Of a stretch of 64,000 bases of DNA, positions 24,601 to 39,099 are shown piece by piece. The stretch lies in the NCBI RefSeq assembly GCF_001194135.2, contig NC_069004.1:12845533-12909532 (forward strand). Reading direction: 5' to 3'. Below the pieces are notes generated by a model. That model had not been told where the DNA came from. It ran no database searches and saw nothing but the letters and a program-made list of their open reading frames with translations. The stretch comes from Octopus bimaculoides (lineage: Eukaryota). Made by a program: the position numbers and the translations under genes. Every line of letters begins with the position of its first letter. Position 1 is the first letter of the stretch.

Positions 24601-26907
24601 CCATATAAACATGGAAAAATGGATGTTAAAACAATGGTGATGATTCACAACTTGAAGCTTACAGAATGGTCTGAAGTAATAATCTCAATTTATAATCTCA
24701 GTTTATGATAAATTTGCTGCCAATTTATCTGCTAGTGTCTCTTGTTTTCCTTGAGAAAGTGGCAACCTGGCAAATATTTCTATCTATCTTTTATCTTTTG
24801 CTTGTTTCAATTATTAGACTATGGCTATGCTGGGGCACCACCTTGAAGAATTTTTAGTTGAATAAATCAACTCCAATGTTTTTTTTTAAGCCTGAAACTC
24901 ATTCCATTGGTTTCTTTTGCTGAACTAGTAAGTTGCAGGGATGCAAACACACCAACATCAGTTGTCAAGCAGTGGTGGGAAACAAACAAACATACACATG
25001 TGTGTGCACACACACACAGAGTTTTTTTGCAGTTTCCATCTACCAAATCCACTCACAAGGCTTTGGTTAGCCTGAGGCTATTGTAGAAGGTTTCATGCAG
25101 TGGGACTGAACCCAGAACCTTGTTGGTAAGCAAGCTTCTTACCACACAGCCACATCTGTGCCTATATATCTTATTCTTTTACTTATTTCAGTCATTTGAC
25201 TGCGGCCATGCTGGAGCAGTACCTTAAAGGCTATTAGTTGAAGAAATCGATCCTAGGACTTATTCTTTGTAAGCCTAGTACTTATTCTATGAGTCTCTTT
25301 TGCCGAAAGGACATAAACACACTAACATCGGTTGTCAAGCAATGGTGTGGGGACAAACACAGACACAAAGACACACACATAAATATATATACACAACAAG
25401 TTTCTTTCAGTTTCCATCTACCAAATCCATTTACAAGGCTTTGGTTAGCCTGAGGCTATAGTAGAAGACATTTGCCCAAGGTGCTGCACAGTGGGACTGA
25501 ACCCAGAACCAGGTAGTTGGGAAGCAAGCATCTTACCACACAACCATGCCTGCACCTATTTATTGGGTGCAATGGATAAATTGTTGCCATTTTATAGTTT
25601 TAATTTTGCACATGTGCATTGTTTGGTATTGATTATGTTGACTATGCAGCATAGTAGGGTCAGTTGGGCACCATCTGTGAGAAAAACAGCACCATGACAC
25701 AATTCATTCTGCCAAAAATTTGGAATCAACATGCTATACTTCGTGGCATTCACACTGGAAGCTCCTATACAAACATTTCAGAGTGTTTGTGTATCAATCT
25801 GAGGACATGTACCTAGTGTGATAAAATCAAACATCCAGTCAACATCATGGTGTTTGGAGTGATCACTAGTGATGGTGACGTTGTGCCTTCAGTCATTTTC
25901 CTACACGACCTCAGACTCAACATGGAGGCCTATATCAAGTGCCTGAAGGAGGTAGTGCTAACATCTGGTCACTTAACTCCCCAAACTGCAACCCCCTTGA
26001 TTATTATGTGTGGGGCGTAGTTGAGTGAGAGACCAACAAAACTTGTAACACCAAAAATGAACTGGATTGTGGCAGCATTCACCAACTTAAACAAAGAGAC
26101 CGTCCAGAAGAGTTGCAGGAGATTCTGAAGTTGTTGGAGGCCATGGTTGAAGCCAATGGCGATTTTATTGAATAAATTTACTCTTTAGTATTTCAAGATA
26201 TTTTTGTGTAATTTTGGTAAATATATCTGCTAAAATGTCAGTGTTATTTTCATTTTTGCGTAATTTAGACAACAGTTTATTCACCGCACCCTGTATATAT
26301 TTAAAAAAAATATTTTTGATATTTTCATCATCTTGGAAGGGTACATGAAAACAATGACCTGAAATTGGCAATGAAAGTTATCTAAAATTTATAGAACTGT
26401 TTCTGAAAAATTAAACTCCAAATTGAATGGGAATTTAAAGTTATACTGTGAATATTAAAATGTATTTCTTGGTTTGGTTAATGTTAATCTTGTTTCTTGA
26501 TTTTCAGACAACATTATGCTGTTTGGAAAAAATAAATGTCAAGTCAACTGAACAAGATGTTGTTGATCTTTGTTCAAGTAAGTCGATATTCTTAACTCCT
26601 ATTAACTTCAACTGAAATACATTTAATGATATTGTAATCTGTTAGATATAATACACTGAACCTCAACAGACAATATGTGTGTTTGTGTGTGCTACATAAA
26701 AAGCATCTGTACTGGTGCCATGTTAAAAGCACCCAGTACACTCTGTGGAGTGGTTAGCATTGGAAGGGAATCCAGCTATTGAAACCAAGCCAAAACAGAC
26801 AATGGAGCCTGGTACAGTCCTCTGAATTGCCAGCTCCTGTCAAATCATCCAACCCATGCTAGCATGGAAAATACACATTAAATGGTAATGAAGATGTGTG
26901 TACATGT

Positions 26908-26950
<43 letters not shown>

Positions 26951-29449
26951 NNNNNNNNNNNNNNNNNNNNNNNNNNNNNNNNNNNNNNNNNNNNNNNNNN
27001 NNNNNNNNNNNNNNNNNNNNNNNNNNNNNNNNNNNNNNNNNNNNNNNNNNNNNNNNNNNNNNNNNNNNNNNNNNNNNNNNNNNNNNNNNACACATACATA
27101 CATACAGATGCAGGCATGGCTGTTGCTTCCTAACCACATTGTTTAGGTTCAGTCCCATTGCATGATGTCTTGGGCAAGTGTGTTTAATTATAGCCCTGGA
27201 CTGACTAAAGTCTTTTGATAGAAACTAGAAGTTCATTGTGTATGTATAAATATACATGTGTGTGTGTGTGTGTGTGTATCCCAGCAGGATATATAAAGGT
27301 CCATAGAAACAAATTTCATCTAACCCATGCAAATAGGGATTAGTGGACATTAAGTTAGTGATCTGATTATATATGTGTGTGTGTGAGAGTGTGAATGCTT
27401 GCATTCTGTGTTGAGCTGAGCTATGGATAGTAATGCTGGTTGTCATTTCTCTGCCAAGAAATTGGTCCACTAGCTATGTTTTCTAAAACAAGTGGAAGGT
27501 GCATTTGGCTGTAAAATGATGCCTTGATAGTATGAATTCATCTAACTCATGCAAGTATGGCAAAATGGATGTAATATGAATAAACAAATATGTATTATCA
27601 CTTGGTCCCAGAAGAAGGCAGTGTTAAGAGCTGCTAAAAATGAAAATCAAATTGCTGGTCTACCTGAGGTTTCAGTTGACTTAGATCAATATTTTAGTTA
27701 ATATATGGATGTAGTAAATGATGCTATTTTAGCATCATGTCTTATCTGGGTACTGAAACAATTAAATACCTATTGTGGGGATGACTAATGCTCTGGCTGT
27801 AGGTGCTACCAATAAGTCTTAGAGGTGGTAATTATAGGTATTGAGGTTCATTATGAACAGAAGTTACAATGGAACTTTAATTATGGCACAAATTAATTTA
27901 GTTGATTGACAATAAACTAATTATATTTCTGTTAATTATTGAAGCTGACAGAGAATTGCACCAACAACAACTGTTGTTTTTGAGCTTTATCGTCATCATC
28001 ATCATCATTCAGGGATCAGTCCTACTCATTTAAGATGTTTCAATCGTGACCATCCCATCTATTTCCGAATTATAATAATGCTTGTTGTATTTTGTAAACT
28101 GTTCAACATAGAGCATCTCATCGTTTCTTTTCAGCCTGCCACAGTTTGTTGTCTCTCTGCCAACTGGTTCCAGCTCTTGACATCAAGATTATGATTGGTC
28201 TATGGAAGTCTTTAGCCAGGTAAATGTTTTATTTGCCACTTCGGTGTTTAATGTGAAAGGAAGGGAATAGATGCAGTCAACAAAAACAGTTGCATTGTTT
28301 TAGCTGATTAACCCTTTAGTATTCAGATTAATCTGTCAAATGTAATGCTTATTTATTCACATTGTTTTGAATTATTCAGGTTCAAGAGGGGTGTCCACAA
28401 TATTTGCTTGTAACTTTGTCAATATCGAGCTTCTTAATGAGTCCAAGACATTTTAAGTGATTTTCAATTGTTGTGTATGATACATTTAACCTTTCTGCGA
28501 TCTTTTGCACAGTTATATGACCATTAGATTCAATTATGGCTTTGATCCGGTCATCATCAACTTCAGTATGTCGATCAGAACGTTGGTCATCTTTGAGTGA
28601 AAAATCTTCTGTGCAGAATTTTTTAAACCTTTTCTGACATGTGCCTTCTGTTAAGCTATCAACACTATAAACTTCACATATCTCTTTGTGAGCCTCAGCA
28701 GCTTTCTTGCCTTTACGGAAATAAAAAAGCAAAATATGGTGAAAATGTTCACTTTTGCACTCCATGTTAAAATTGACACTAACAGCTGTAAACAAAATTA
28801 CATGCAATTTGTTTCTGAAGCTTAAAGTAATGGTTATCAAATGTCAAAAGGAAAAAAATTCATAATATTGACAAAGTCATTCGGTTGGACGGTTTGACAG
28901 GAACCAGCTAGGTGGAAGATTGCACCAGGCTACTGTGTCTGTTTTGGCATGGTTTTTACGGCTGGATGCCCTTCCTAACACCAACCACCCTGTAGAGTGG
29001 ACTGAGTACTTTTTACATGGCACTAGCATAGGCGAAGTCAGCTTTGGCATGGTTTTTACAGCTGAATGCCCTTCCAAATGCCAACCACTTCACAGTGTGG
29101 ACTGGATGCTTTTTATGTGGCACCAGCAGGGTCACCAAGTAACTTGCAAGACAAGGAATTATATATGTGTGTGTGTGTGTGTATATACATATGTCTTGTC
29201 TCAGCACCACAGCCTTTATTTTGTTTGTATACTCACTCTATAAGGTGGTTGATGTTAGGAAGGGTATCCAGCCATATAAACCCTGCCAAAACAGACAGTG
29301 AAGCCTGGTGCAGTTTTCTGCCTATCCAGCCCCTGTCACACCGTCCAACCCATGCCAGCATGAAAAACAAACGTTAAATGATGATGATTCACATTTATGT
29401 ATTGCATTTGCTTTTGTCACTCTCCTCACCATTCAATTGCTATTGCCAG

Positions 29450-29486
<37 letters not shown>

Positions 29487-32400
29487 ATTCCTTGTCTTGC
29501 AAGTTACTTGGTGACCCTGCTGGTGCTGGTGCCACATAAAAATTATCCAGTTTGCATTGTGAAGTGGTTGGCATTTGGAAAGCCATACAACTGTAAAAAC
29601 CATGCCAATATGATCGTTAAAAGTGTGACATTGTAATGAATTTTGGTGGAAAGTTTTAATTTAGATCACTTCAAGACAAAGTTTGTATCCTGGAAATGGG
29701 CAGTTTCAGGCAGATTGGTATCAAAATGGTTAAACATCTATGCTTTTCTTTTTCTTTTTCCTCACAGGCTGTCCGTCCAGTACAAAAGTTTTCTTTATTC
29801 AAGACTCGAACTTGAAGCTATCATGTCTTCTTTGGTCTCCAGTATTCAATCAAATTATGACACCTTGTTAAATGTGGCACCCCGGGTTCCAGATGAGACG
29901 GTTGAAGTAGGTAAACTTTCATGAATTTTCAAATGCTTACTCTCTCTCTCTCACTCTCTCTCTCTCTCTCTCTTTCTCACACACACACACTTTCTGTTCT
30001 ATGTATGTATGTGTCTATATATATATACATACGTGTGTATATGAAAGATGAATCATGATTGAGAGAATGACTGGAATTTAAAGGAGTTGGAAGATATAAG
30101 CAGGAGAAACCATTCTGCTGGTATGGGAATCTGATGGGAATGGTTTGATGAAAAATGCCATAATTGGCACAGGCGTGGCTGTGTGATAAGAAGTTTATTT
30201 CACAACCACATGGTTCCTGGTTCAGTCCCACTGCATGGAACCTTGGGCAAGTGTCTTCTATTAAAGCCTTGGGCCAACCAAAGCTTTGTGAGTGGATTTG
30301 GTAGATGGAAACTGAAAGAAGCCTGTTATATATATATATATATAGATAGATAGTAGATAGATAGATAGATAGATGTGTGTGTCTTTGTGCCTGTGTTGTC
30401 CCTCACTACCACCACCACCACTTGACGACTGGTGTTGGTGTGTTTACATCCCCATAACTTAGCAGTTCAACAAAAGAGCCTGATAAAATAAGTACCAGAC
30501 TAAAAAAAGTCCTGGGGTTGATTCTTCTACTATAGCTTCAGGCTGATGAAAGCTTTGTGAGTTGATTTGGTAGACAGAAACTGAAAGAAGCCTGTTGGGT
30601 ATATACACATATATTTATGTTGTGTGTGTCTGTGTTTGTCCACCACCACTGCTTCACAACCAGTGTTGGTGTGTTTACATCCTTATAACTTAATCGGTTT
30701 AGCAAGAAACCAATATGATAAGTACCAGGCTTAAAAATCATAAGTTTGGGGTCAATTCATTCGACCAAAAATTCATCAAGGTGATGCCTCAGCATGGCAA
30801 CAGTCTATTGACTGAAACAAGTATTTAAAAAAAAAAACTATCAAACAAGCAGTGTTTTTCATTTGCAATCTTCTGTGCCCAGCAGCCTTTGCACTGGTTG
30901 TGCCTGAAGGACTTGGAGAAATGTTACCTTCCTTGAAAACAGATACCAGGAAAGACATGTAGAATGCTTTTCCCCTTATTGACTGACACTGTAGAAAATG
31001 TCCCAACAACTTCCATGCAACAATGAAAGAAAAAAAGTCATCGGAGGGGTGATGGATACCCTGCAATCACACAAGGATAAAATTTAATTAAAAAAATATA
31101 TTTCAGACGAATTCATATGTCAACAAAATGACATCAAGAGTTATTTCCCCTGCATATAATTTATGCATATGTAATAAAGAAAAAAACATTTTGATTCACC
31201 CATCTGCTAGTTTTGAAGATGATCCAACCAAAATGTAATGAGTTCAAGCCACTCACCCGATGAGTGTTTCTGCCAGATTTGGTGAAAATCCGTTCTGCCA
31301 TTTTCCAGTAATTTTGCAAACACACAGACAGACAGACAGACAGACACATGCAGGGTAATGAAGAAGTGGACATCAAACTGGTCCTGATGAGGTCAAACAA
31401 CTGAAGCTGAGGTTTCCTTTAATCGGTGCTCACAGTTTTACCATTTCACTTATTAAAAACTGGTCATGTTTCTAAGTCAGTATTTCCTGTATTAACCAGG
31501 TAATACTGACTTGTTGTACCCTGCTGGTCACTATGCACTTCCAATTCTTTCTTGTAATATATTTTTTTCTATTTTCCAGGAAGAAAATCCTTCACAAACA
31601 AATGAGAAATCTTTTCAGATGACTTTGAAGATAACTGGTTTCTTAATGAAGGTTTTGGTAAATTTCGTCAAAGAATATGAAAATTACCTTGGCAAAAGTG
31701 CTGAATCATTATACCCCCTGATTCTCTACATGTTTAAGTAAGTCATTTGAGGTGAATTCTCACCTGTTCATCATCATCATCATCATCATTTAACATCCAT
31801 TTTCCATGCTGGCATGGGTTGGACAGCTTGACAGAAACTGGCAAGACCAGGAGCCACATTAGATTCCATGCTCTATTTTGGCTTGGTTTCTACGGCTGGA
31901 TGTTGTACCTGACAGCAACCACTACACGGTGTGTAGTGGGTGTTTTTTATGGGGCACCATCACTAGTACTGGAAGAATTTTATAGTGGATTGACCCCAGT
32001 ACTTTTTTTTTTTTTAAGCCTGTTGCTTATTGTATCAGTTCTATTGCTGAACCGCTAAGTTACAGGAACATAAACACACCAATACCAGTTGTCAAATGAT
32101 AGTGAAGAACAAACACAGACACAAAGACGCACACATATACAATGGACTTCTTTCAGTTTCCATCTACCAAGTCCACTGACAAGGCTCTGGTTAGCCCGAG
32201 GCTATAGCAAAAGACACTTGTCCAAAGTTCCACTCTGTGGGACTGAACCCATAGCCATGTGATTGGGAAGAAAGCTTCTTACCATACAGCCATGCCTGTG
32301 CTTATAAATTATATTTTTTTTTCTTTTAGGTTTTCTCCTCCTTCTCTCGCTGCTCCAAAACTTATTGAACAAAGTCAACGAGATATCCAGATCCAGTTAT

Positions 32401-35330
32401 TAAATGCCACACAACCACTTCTAACGACACTCATCTTGAACTATCATTTTTGCATTTTAGTTACTGCTGATGAAAATGGTAGGTGTTCCATTTATATTTC
32501 TGATTTGTTTGATTAATAGCAAATATATCATTGTTGAGGTGCTTTTTATATATGTCTGTCCATTTATTACAGGTGTCTGTTATTATACAAGGTGGTACTG
32601 AAAAGTTCCTGGCTTTGGGTAAAAGAAAATGCAGGAGGATCAGTTAATTATGATTTTATCCAACATGTTCCCCTTCTCAGATTCACACACTTATTGCTGT
32701 GATCTTTCAGTTTTTCTAAGCCCTGTAAAAGAACATGGAAAGTTGGGCCTCCAGCCAGGCCTTTCGCAATACCCTTAAAGCCAGGAACTTTTCAGCACTC
32801 CTTGTATATCTAAAATATCATATATCTTTGACAGATTTAGATCCTGACCTGGCATTACCAAGAATCTTGCTTCAGATTATGGTTGTAAATCTTCTTCCAA
32901 AGGCAAAATGTAAGTACCACTTTGTCTGCTTATTTTGTCCTAACTCATTCCTAGCCAGATGGATAAATGGTGTGTATGAAGGGGACATATGATGGACAGA
33001 TATGTGTGAAGAGTGATAAGGGTAATCATGCTGGTGACCAGTGAAAGGCACCTGTGCTGGTACTACATAAAGAGGCACTCATGCTGGTGACATATAAAAG
33101 ACAGACACCCAGTGAACTCTATAAAGTGATTGGCATTAGTTAGGAAGGGCATCCAACTGTAGAAATCATGCCAAAACAGACAATGGAGCCTGGTGCAGCT
33201 CACAGCCTTACCAGATCCAGTCGAGCCTTCTAAACCATGCCAGCATGGAAAATGGATGTCAAACGGTGGTGATGATGATGAAGGGAGGTGGGTAATGGGT
33301 GAAAAAGTTTCAAATGATGCAAGTGGAAGAGGAAAACCAAAACTGATGGACCACACAAAGTTGTTGACAGAGCAAAGTACTTAAAATGGGTCAGAATGGA
33401 CAAGCAGAAATAAAACTGTTGAGGATGAAGAGGTGGGTGGTGTAACATGTTATCTAAGGTAAGGTGATATAACTTCTGCCACTATGTTTCTAATTTAACT
33501 TATATCTTTATATCGGATCTAGTCCAGTGGTTCTCAACCAGTGGCCATATGACCCTTGGGCGGGGTCATATAAAATTTTGTTGCTAAAATTTATGAGCAA
33601 TAAATTGCTTATACTTCTGCAATGCACAAAATATTTTAACAATTTTGTTTTTTTATACAAATCCTAATAATAATTAATTATAAAAGTATAATTGGAGTTT
33701 TTTTACACATTGAATGGGTATGAGAGTCCACCTGAATAAAATAGGAATCAAAAGGGGTCTATGGGTAAAAAATGGTTGGAACCACTGATCTGGTTTAAAA
33801 CCTTCTTATTGTGTTCATCTTTGTTGTCTTTGTAGATGACGTCACAGAAGTTTGGTATTCCCCAAGGAAATTTCCAGGAGAACGTTGTTATGACAACATT
33901 TTAGCAAGTGTATTTAAAACATTACAGAAATGTAATTTATTTTAGACAATTTTATTTTCCTCATTGTTTTTTGTTTCTATCTTGAATCGGCAAAACCGTC
34001 TTACTAATTTGGTATTTGTTTTAATGATGGACTCTCCCGTCCAAGAGGACATGTATGAGTATTCAGCTTTTGCTAAACTACGTGCATACAGGATTTGTTT
34101 ATATTGATTACATGTATGAGCTCACTCCCTCCATCCAATTGATGTTGCCTGAACAGGTGCATGGTGTGCCATATGTCAGGTGTTGAAGTGATTGCAGAGC
34201 AACATGAGATGAAGTGTTTTTGCTCAAGAACACAATGCTCCACCTGGTCTAGAAATTGAAACCACAATCTCGCAATCATGAATGCAACACCCTAACCACT
34301 AGGCCACGTATCCTCACTTTTGTTTTGACAATTATAAAAATAATAATAATTAATTTCTAATTTTGGTATAAAACCAGCAATTTTGAAGGTGGAGGAAGTT
34401 GATTACATCAACACCAATGCTCAACTGGTACTTATTTTATAGACCCTGAAGGGATGAAGAATAAAGTCAACTTCAGTAGCATATAAACTGAGAATGTTAA
34501 GAGCCAGAAGAAACACTGCTAAGCATTATGCCCAGCGTGGTGATGATTCTGTTAGCTTGCTAGCGAGATCGTAGCCAGTACCCCTGGACTGGCTCTTGTG
34601 CGGGTAGCTCATAAAATACACCATTTTGAGCGTGGCTGTTGCCAGTACCGCCTGACTGGCCTTCGTAGGATTTTCGAGTGAGATCGTTGCCAGTGCCCCT
34701 GGACTGGCTCTTGTGCAGGTGGCACATAAAATACACCATTTTGAGCGTGGTCGTTGCCAGTACACCTGACTGGCCTTTGTGCGGGTGACACGTAAAAGCA
34801 CCCACTACACTCTCTGAGTGGTTGGCATTAGGAAGGGCATCCAGCTGTAGAAACTCTGCCAAATCAGATTGGAGCCTGGTGTAGCCATCTGGTTTCACCA
34901 GTCCTCAGTCAAATCGTCCGACCCATGCTAGCATGGAAAGCGGACGTTAAACGACGACGATGATGATGATGATGATTTCAAATTTTGGCACAAGGCCAGC
35001 ACTTTTGGGGAAGTGGGTAAGTCAATTACATCAACCCCAGTACTCAACTGGTACTTACTTTATCGACCCTGAAAGGATGAAAGGCAAAGTTGACCTTGGT
35101 GGAATTTGAACTCAGAATATAAAGCTGGATGGACTGCCACTAAGCACTTTGCCCAGTGCCATAACAATTCTGACAGCTTGTTGCCATCATAATAATAATA
35201 ATCCTTTCTAATATGAGCACAAAGCCTGAAATTTTGGGGACAGTTGTAAGTCAATTACATCAACTCCAGTATGTAACTGGTACTTATTTTATCAATCCCA
35301 AAAGGATGAAAAGCAAAGTCAACCTCAGCA

Positions 35331-35388
<58 letters not shown>

Positions 35389-38300
35389 CATAATAATAAT
35401 CATAATTGAAAGTTGACTCAGTGGATTTCTCTAAAGACACTTTAGAGTCATGTTTAACATCACCCAGAGCCAGGCTTGATATCATTTACAGCCACCCAGT
35501 GATGTTAAACTGCGCCACAGATTATATCCACCATCTAAGAATAAGAAACAAAAAGATAATTTGTTCTTTCAATATATTTTGTATATTTATTTGTATTATT
35601 TCTGTTATGTGAAGGTTCAGTTGAAATGGCCTCTGATATCAGAATTGCTATAACTGCAGCCATTGGATCTCCTCAAAGGTCAGTTTAGTCTTTTATAAAA
35701 TATGAAATATTGTGTTTTTTTTTTATTTAGTTGCTTTGTGATTTGAATGTTAAGCATCGAAAAGCATGAGCTGGTTTGATTTTTATTTTATTTCTTTTGT
35801 CTGAGGGAAGTGAATAGGGACCATGCCATAGCTTTTAAAGCTTTTTAAGATATCAGGAAAACAGGTGGATTATTGTATATTAGTGGTTGAGAGGAATTTC
35901 AGGTAGGTGCACCGTAAGTTGAAAATAATGGAGAAAGTGTATCTAAGAAGAGAGAGATATGATGTAATGGGAAGGAGAAGAGAATTAAGTCAGTGTAGAA
36001 ATTGGTAAGAATAACAATAATAAGGAATATGTCACTTTTGTTCCATGAAATAGAGCTCCTCTGGTCTTGTTGATACAACAAACCAGTTAGTAGTCAGACA
36101 GCACATGGTTTGTGAGTACATCTTTGGATGACAAGATTAAAAAAATGTAGCAGATCTTCATTAATCAAGACAAAGTTCATATAAATGTATTTTTGAGTAT
36201 ATGTGGAAAGAAAATGTTGAAAATCCAAAAGCAAAAATAACAAGTTCCATTAGAGAGTATTCATACAAAAATTAGGTATTGTGAGAAAGTCCATATTTTT
36301 TGTTTTGTCTTAAGAAATAAATTGGATAATTTGTGTTGTAGAAAAAATGTTAAAGTTGGCATGGTAGACAGAAATAGGTCAGTTTTATGTTTTGTTTGAC
36401 CAGTATGTATTTGTTATTAAGACAAGCTAAACAAGAGGAGTTCAGCATTGTAGAAAGTGAAGTTAATATTTGGTTTGACTTGCATTCATAGGCAAGTGGT
36501 TCATGATACAGAAGTAAAAGAAAAGGAATTGGACATAAGCAAAAGATTTCTCCTTCAACTTAATGTGTTGCATAATCTGAGACAGGTGAAAACTAGTTGG
36601 TTTTCTTCTGTGTTGTTGCTTGCTCGGTGTTTGTAGGAAGGTCAGCTATTTGTCTGTTGTTGAGTGAATGAGCCAAGAGGAAAATTCTTTTGACTTTCAC
36701 TTTATATCTTTGAAACACCTGCCAGGTAACTGGTATGTGATTCTGAAATGTCAGTGTCACTTGTTATATGAAGGATCAGTTATGGCTACCTTATAAACAA
36801 TAAAGAAATTAGTCACTTCAGAGGGGCAGAAGCCCCCCCCCCCCTTTTTTTTTGTGTTTTAGTAGAAAGAGAAACGCCATCTCAGTGTAGGCATGTAGTT
36901 GTAGTTTTTAGTGAATGAGGTTTTACTTTTTGCATTGTTTGATGTCAAATGATGGTGATATTTTGTTGTATATTTTAATTCAAGAAACGCCGGTCTCTAC
37001 GAATATCTCTGCACCAACATTTGTGGCTTTGTGGGCAGTTGGCCAGCTCAGCATTTTGCCGTTGTTGTGAGTATCCCTAATTTCTCATCTTATTTATATC
37101 TGTTAACTTAAACCTTTTCCAGGTTAAGCTGAAGTTTGGTTAATTCAGTGTCAGGTCAGAGTAAAATATGTTTATTCTTTTGAATAGTCTGCTATCACAG
37201 ATTTGTTTCCCTAGCATTACTTCATCTTTCTTACTAAAGAATCATCATCATATGTTTGTTTTCCATGCTGGCATGGGTTGGATGGTTTGACAAGCTGACC
37301 AGCTGAAGGGTTGTTCAGGCTCCATGTCTGTGTTGACATGGTTTCTATATCTGGATGCCCTTTCTAATGCCAACCTCTTTACAGAATGTACTGGATGCTT
37401 TTACACAGCACCAGTACGGGTGCTCTTTACATGGCACCAGCACTTATGAGCCACAAGATAAGGGATGCTCAGCTGGAGAGGGTTGCAAAGGACAAGCCTG
37501 GGTGTGAGAGCAACCACACTTTTACTTAGCTTGGCATGTCTTCACAAGCAGGGCAAACCGCCAGGAGTCTCAGTTCCCTGTCATCCCTGCTGTGAGTCCC
37601 AATGTTTGTACATCCTTTCCCACCACTTCATCCCATGTCTTCTTGGGTCTACCCCTTCCCCATGTTCCCTCTACAATTAGAGAATGGCATCTTTTGATGC
37701 AACTGTCCTTCATACACTTTATATGACCACACCAACACAGTCTTCTCTCTTGCACACTGCATCTGATGCTACATATACCCAGTTTTTCTCTCAAATCACT
37801 TACACTCTGTCATATATGCACAGTGACATTACCCATCCAGCAAAGTATACTATCTTCATTTGTTTCAAGTTTTTGCAGGAATAAATTACACTAAATTGGA
37901 TTTTACCTGCACAACAGGTACTGGACTGACCATATTGTTAAAGTCAATTTTTTTATTGAACAAAATATTTCTACAACCCGTAAAACCCTATAAACCAAGA
38001 AGACTTAAGAAGAAATGAATTAGAATCCTGGATGTCAGAGGTGTAATGATGTCAATTTGGGATTGACAAAGAGGCATAACATTACAGACCTATTCAACCC
38101 ATATCGATATATTAAAAATGAGTGAGATAAATGGATGATTTGATGATCAGTAATTTATGTAGAACATTTCTGTGACTCTCAATTGCTCAACACATGGAAA
38201 AGAATAGACGTAATTGTTTCAAAAGATGGTCAGTTGATACGTCCACCTTGGTTAATCAATTGTTGCACAATGCAAATATTTTAATGGAAATTTTCTGATT

Positions 38301-39047
38301 CATCTAAAAATATTTTTAATATATATTTGTTAAATATATATTTGATTCATCTAAAATATATATTTAATATATATTTGTTTCATCTCTCTCTCTCCCCCAA
38401 TATATATACATATATATAAACAAACCAGCATGTGTGTTTTCTGTGATGATTTGATAAGTGGTGCCAAGTATTACAATTCTGTAAATAATAATAATATTGC
38501 ATAAGCGTTCACTGTGTACTGGCTAAAGGAAATAATCTAATATTGGGGCAAATAGGCCCTCACAGTAGTGCTGTTTTTCACAGTGATCAGTTATAAGTTT
38601 TATGATCATAAAAAATATTATTTATATATATATATATATATAATTTAGAGAAAAAAACCCACAATTATTTAATTCATCCATGAAAATCCACAATCATATA
38701 TAGAAAAATTTAATAAGTAAATACACTAAAAAGACCTATAATAAAAATCAAAAAAGTACAAAGTAATAAATATTTTAATATTTATAATAAGTAATTAGTA
38801 ATAATAAGTAATAAATATTTTAATGTTTATTACTTTGTACTTTTTTGATTTTTATTATAGGTCTTTTTAGTGTATTTACTGATTAAATTTTTCTATATGT
38901 GATTGTGGATTTTCATGGATGAATTAAATAATTGTGGGTTTTTTTTCTCTAAATTATATATTTATATATTATATATTGTGAAATTTAATTTAATTTTGAT
39001 AAATTAAATTGAATTTTTCCCTGTAAATTTGGAATTTTTTCCCTAAT

Positions 39048-39099
<52 letters not shown>

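Noticed and set aside
27600-27850. Possible decayed coding fragment (ALAVGATNK-like)
   Set aside because: Too short and interrupted to assign to any family.
31375-31420. CTGATGAG motif resembling a hammerhead core
   Set aside because: No GAAA-NUH partner and no helix I complement.
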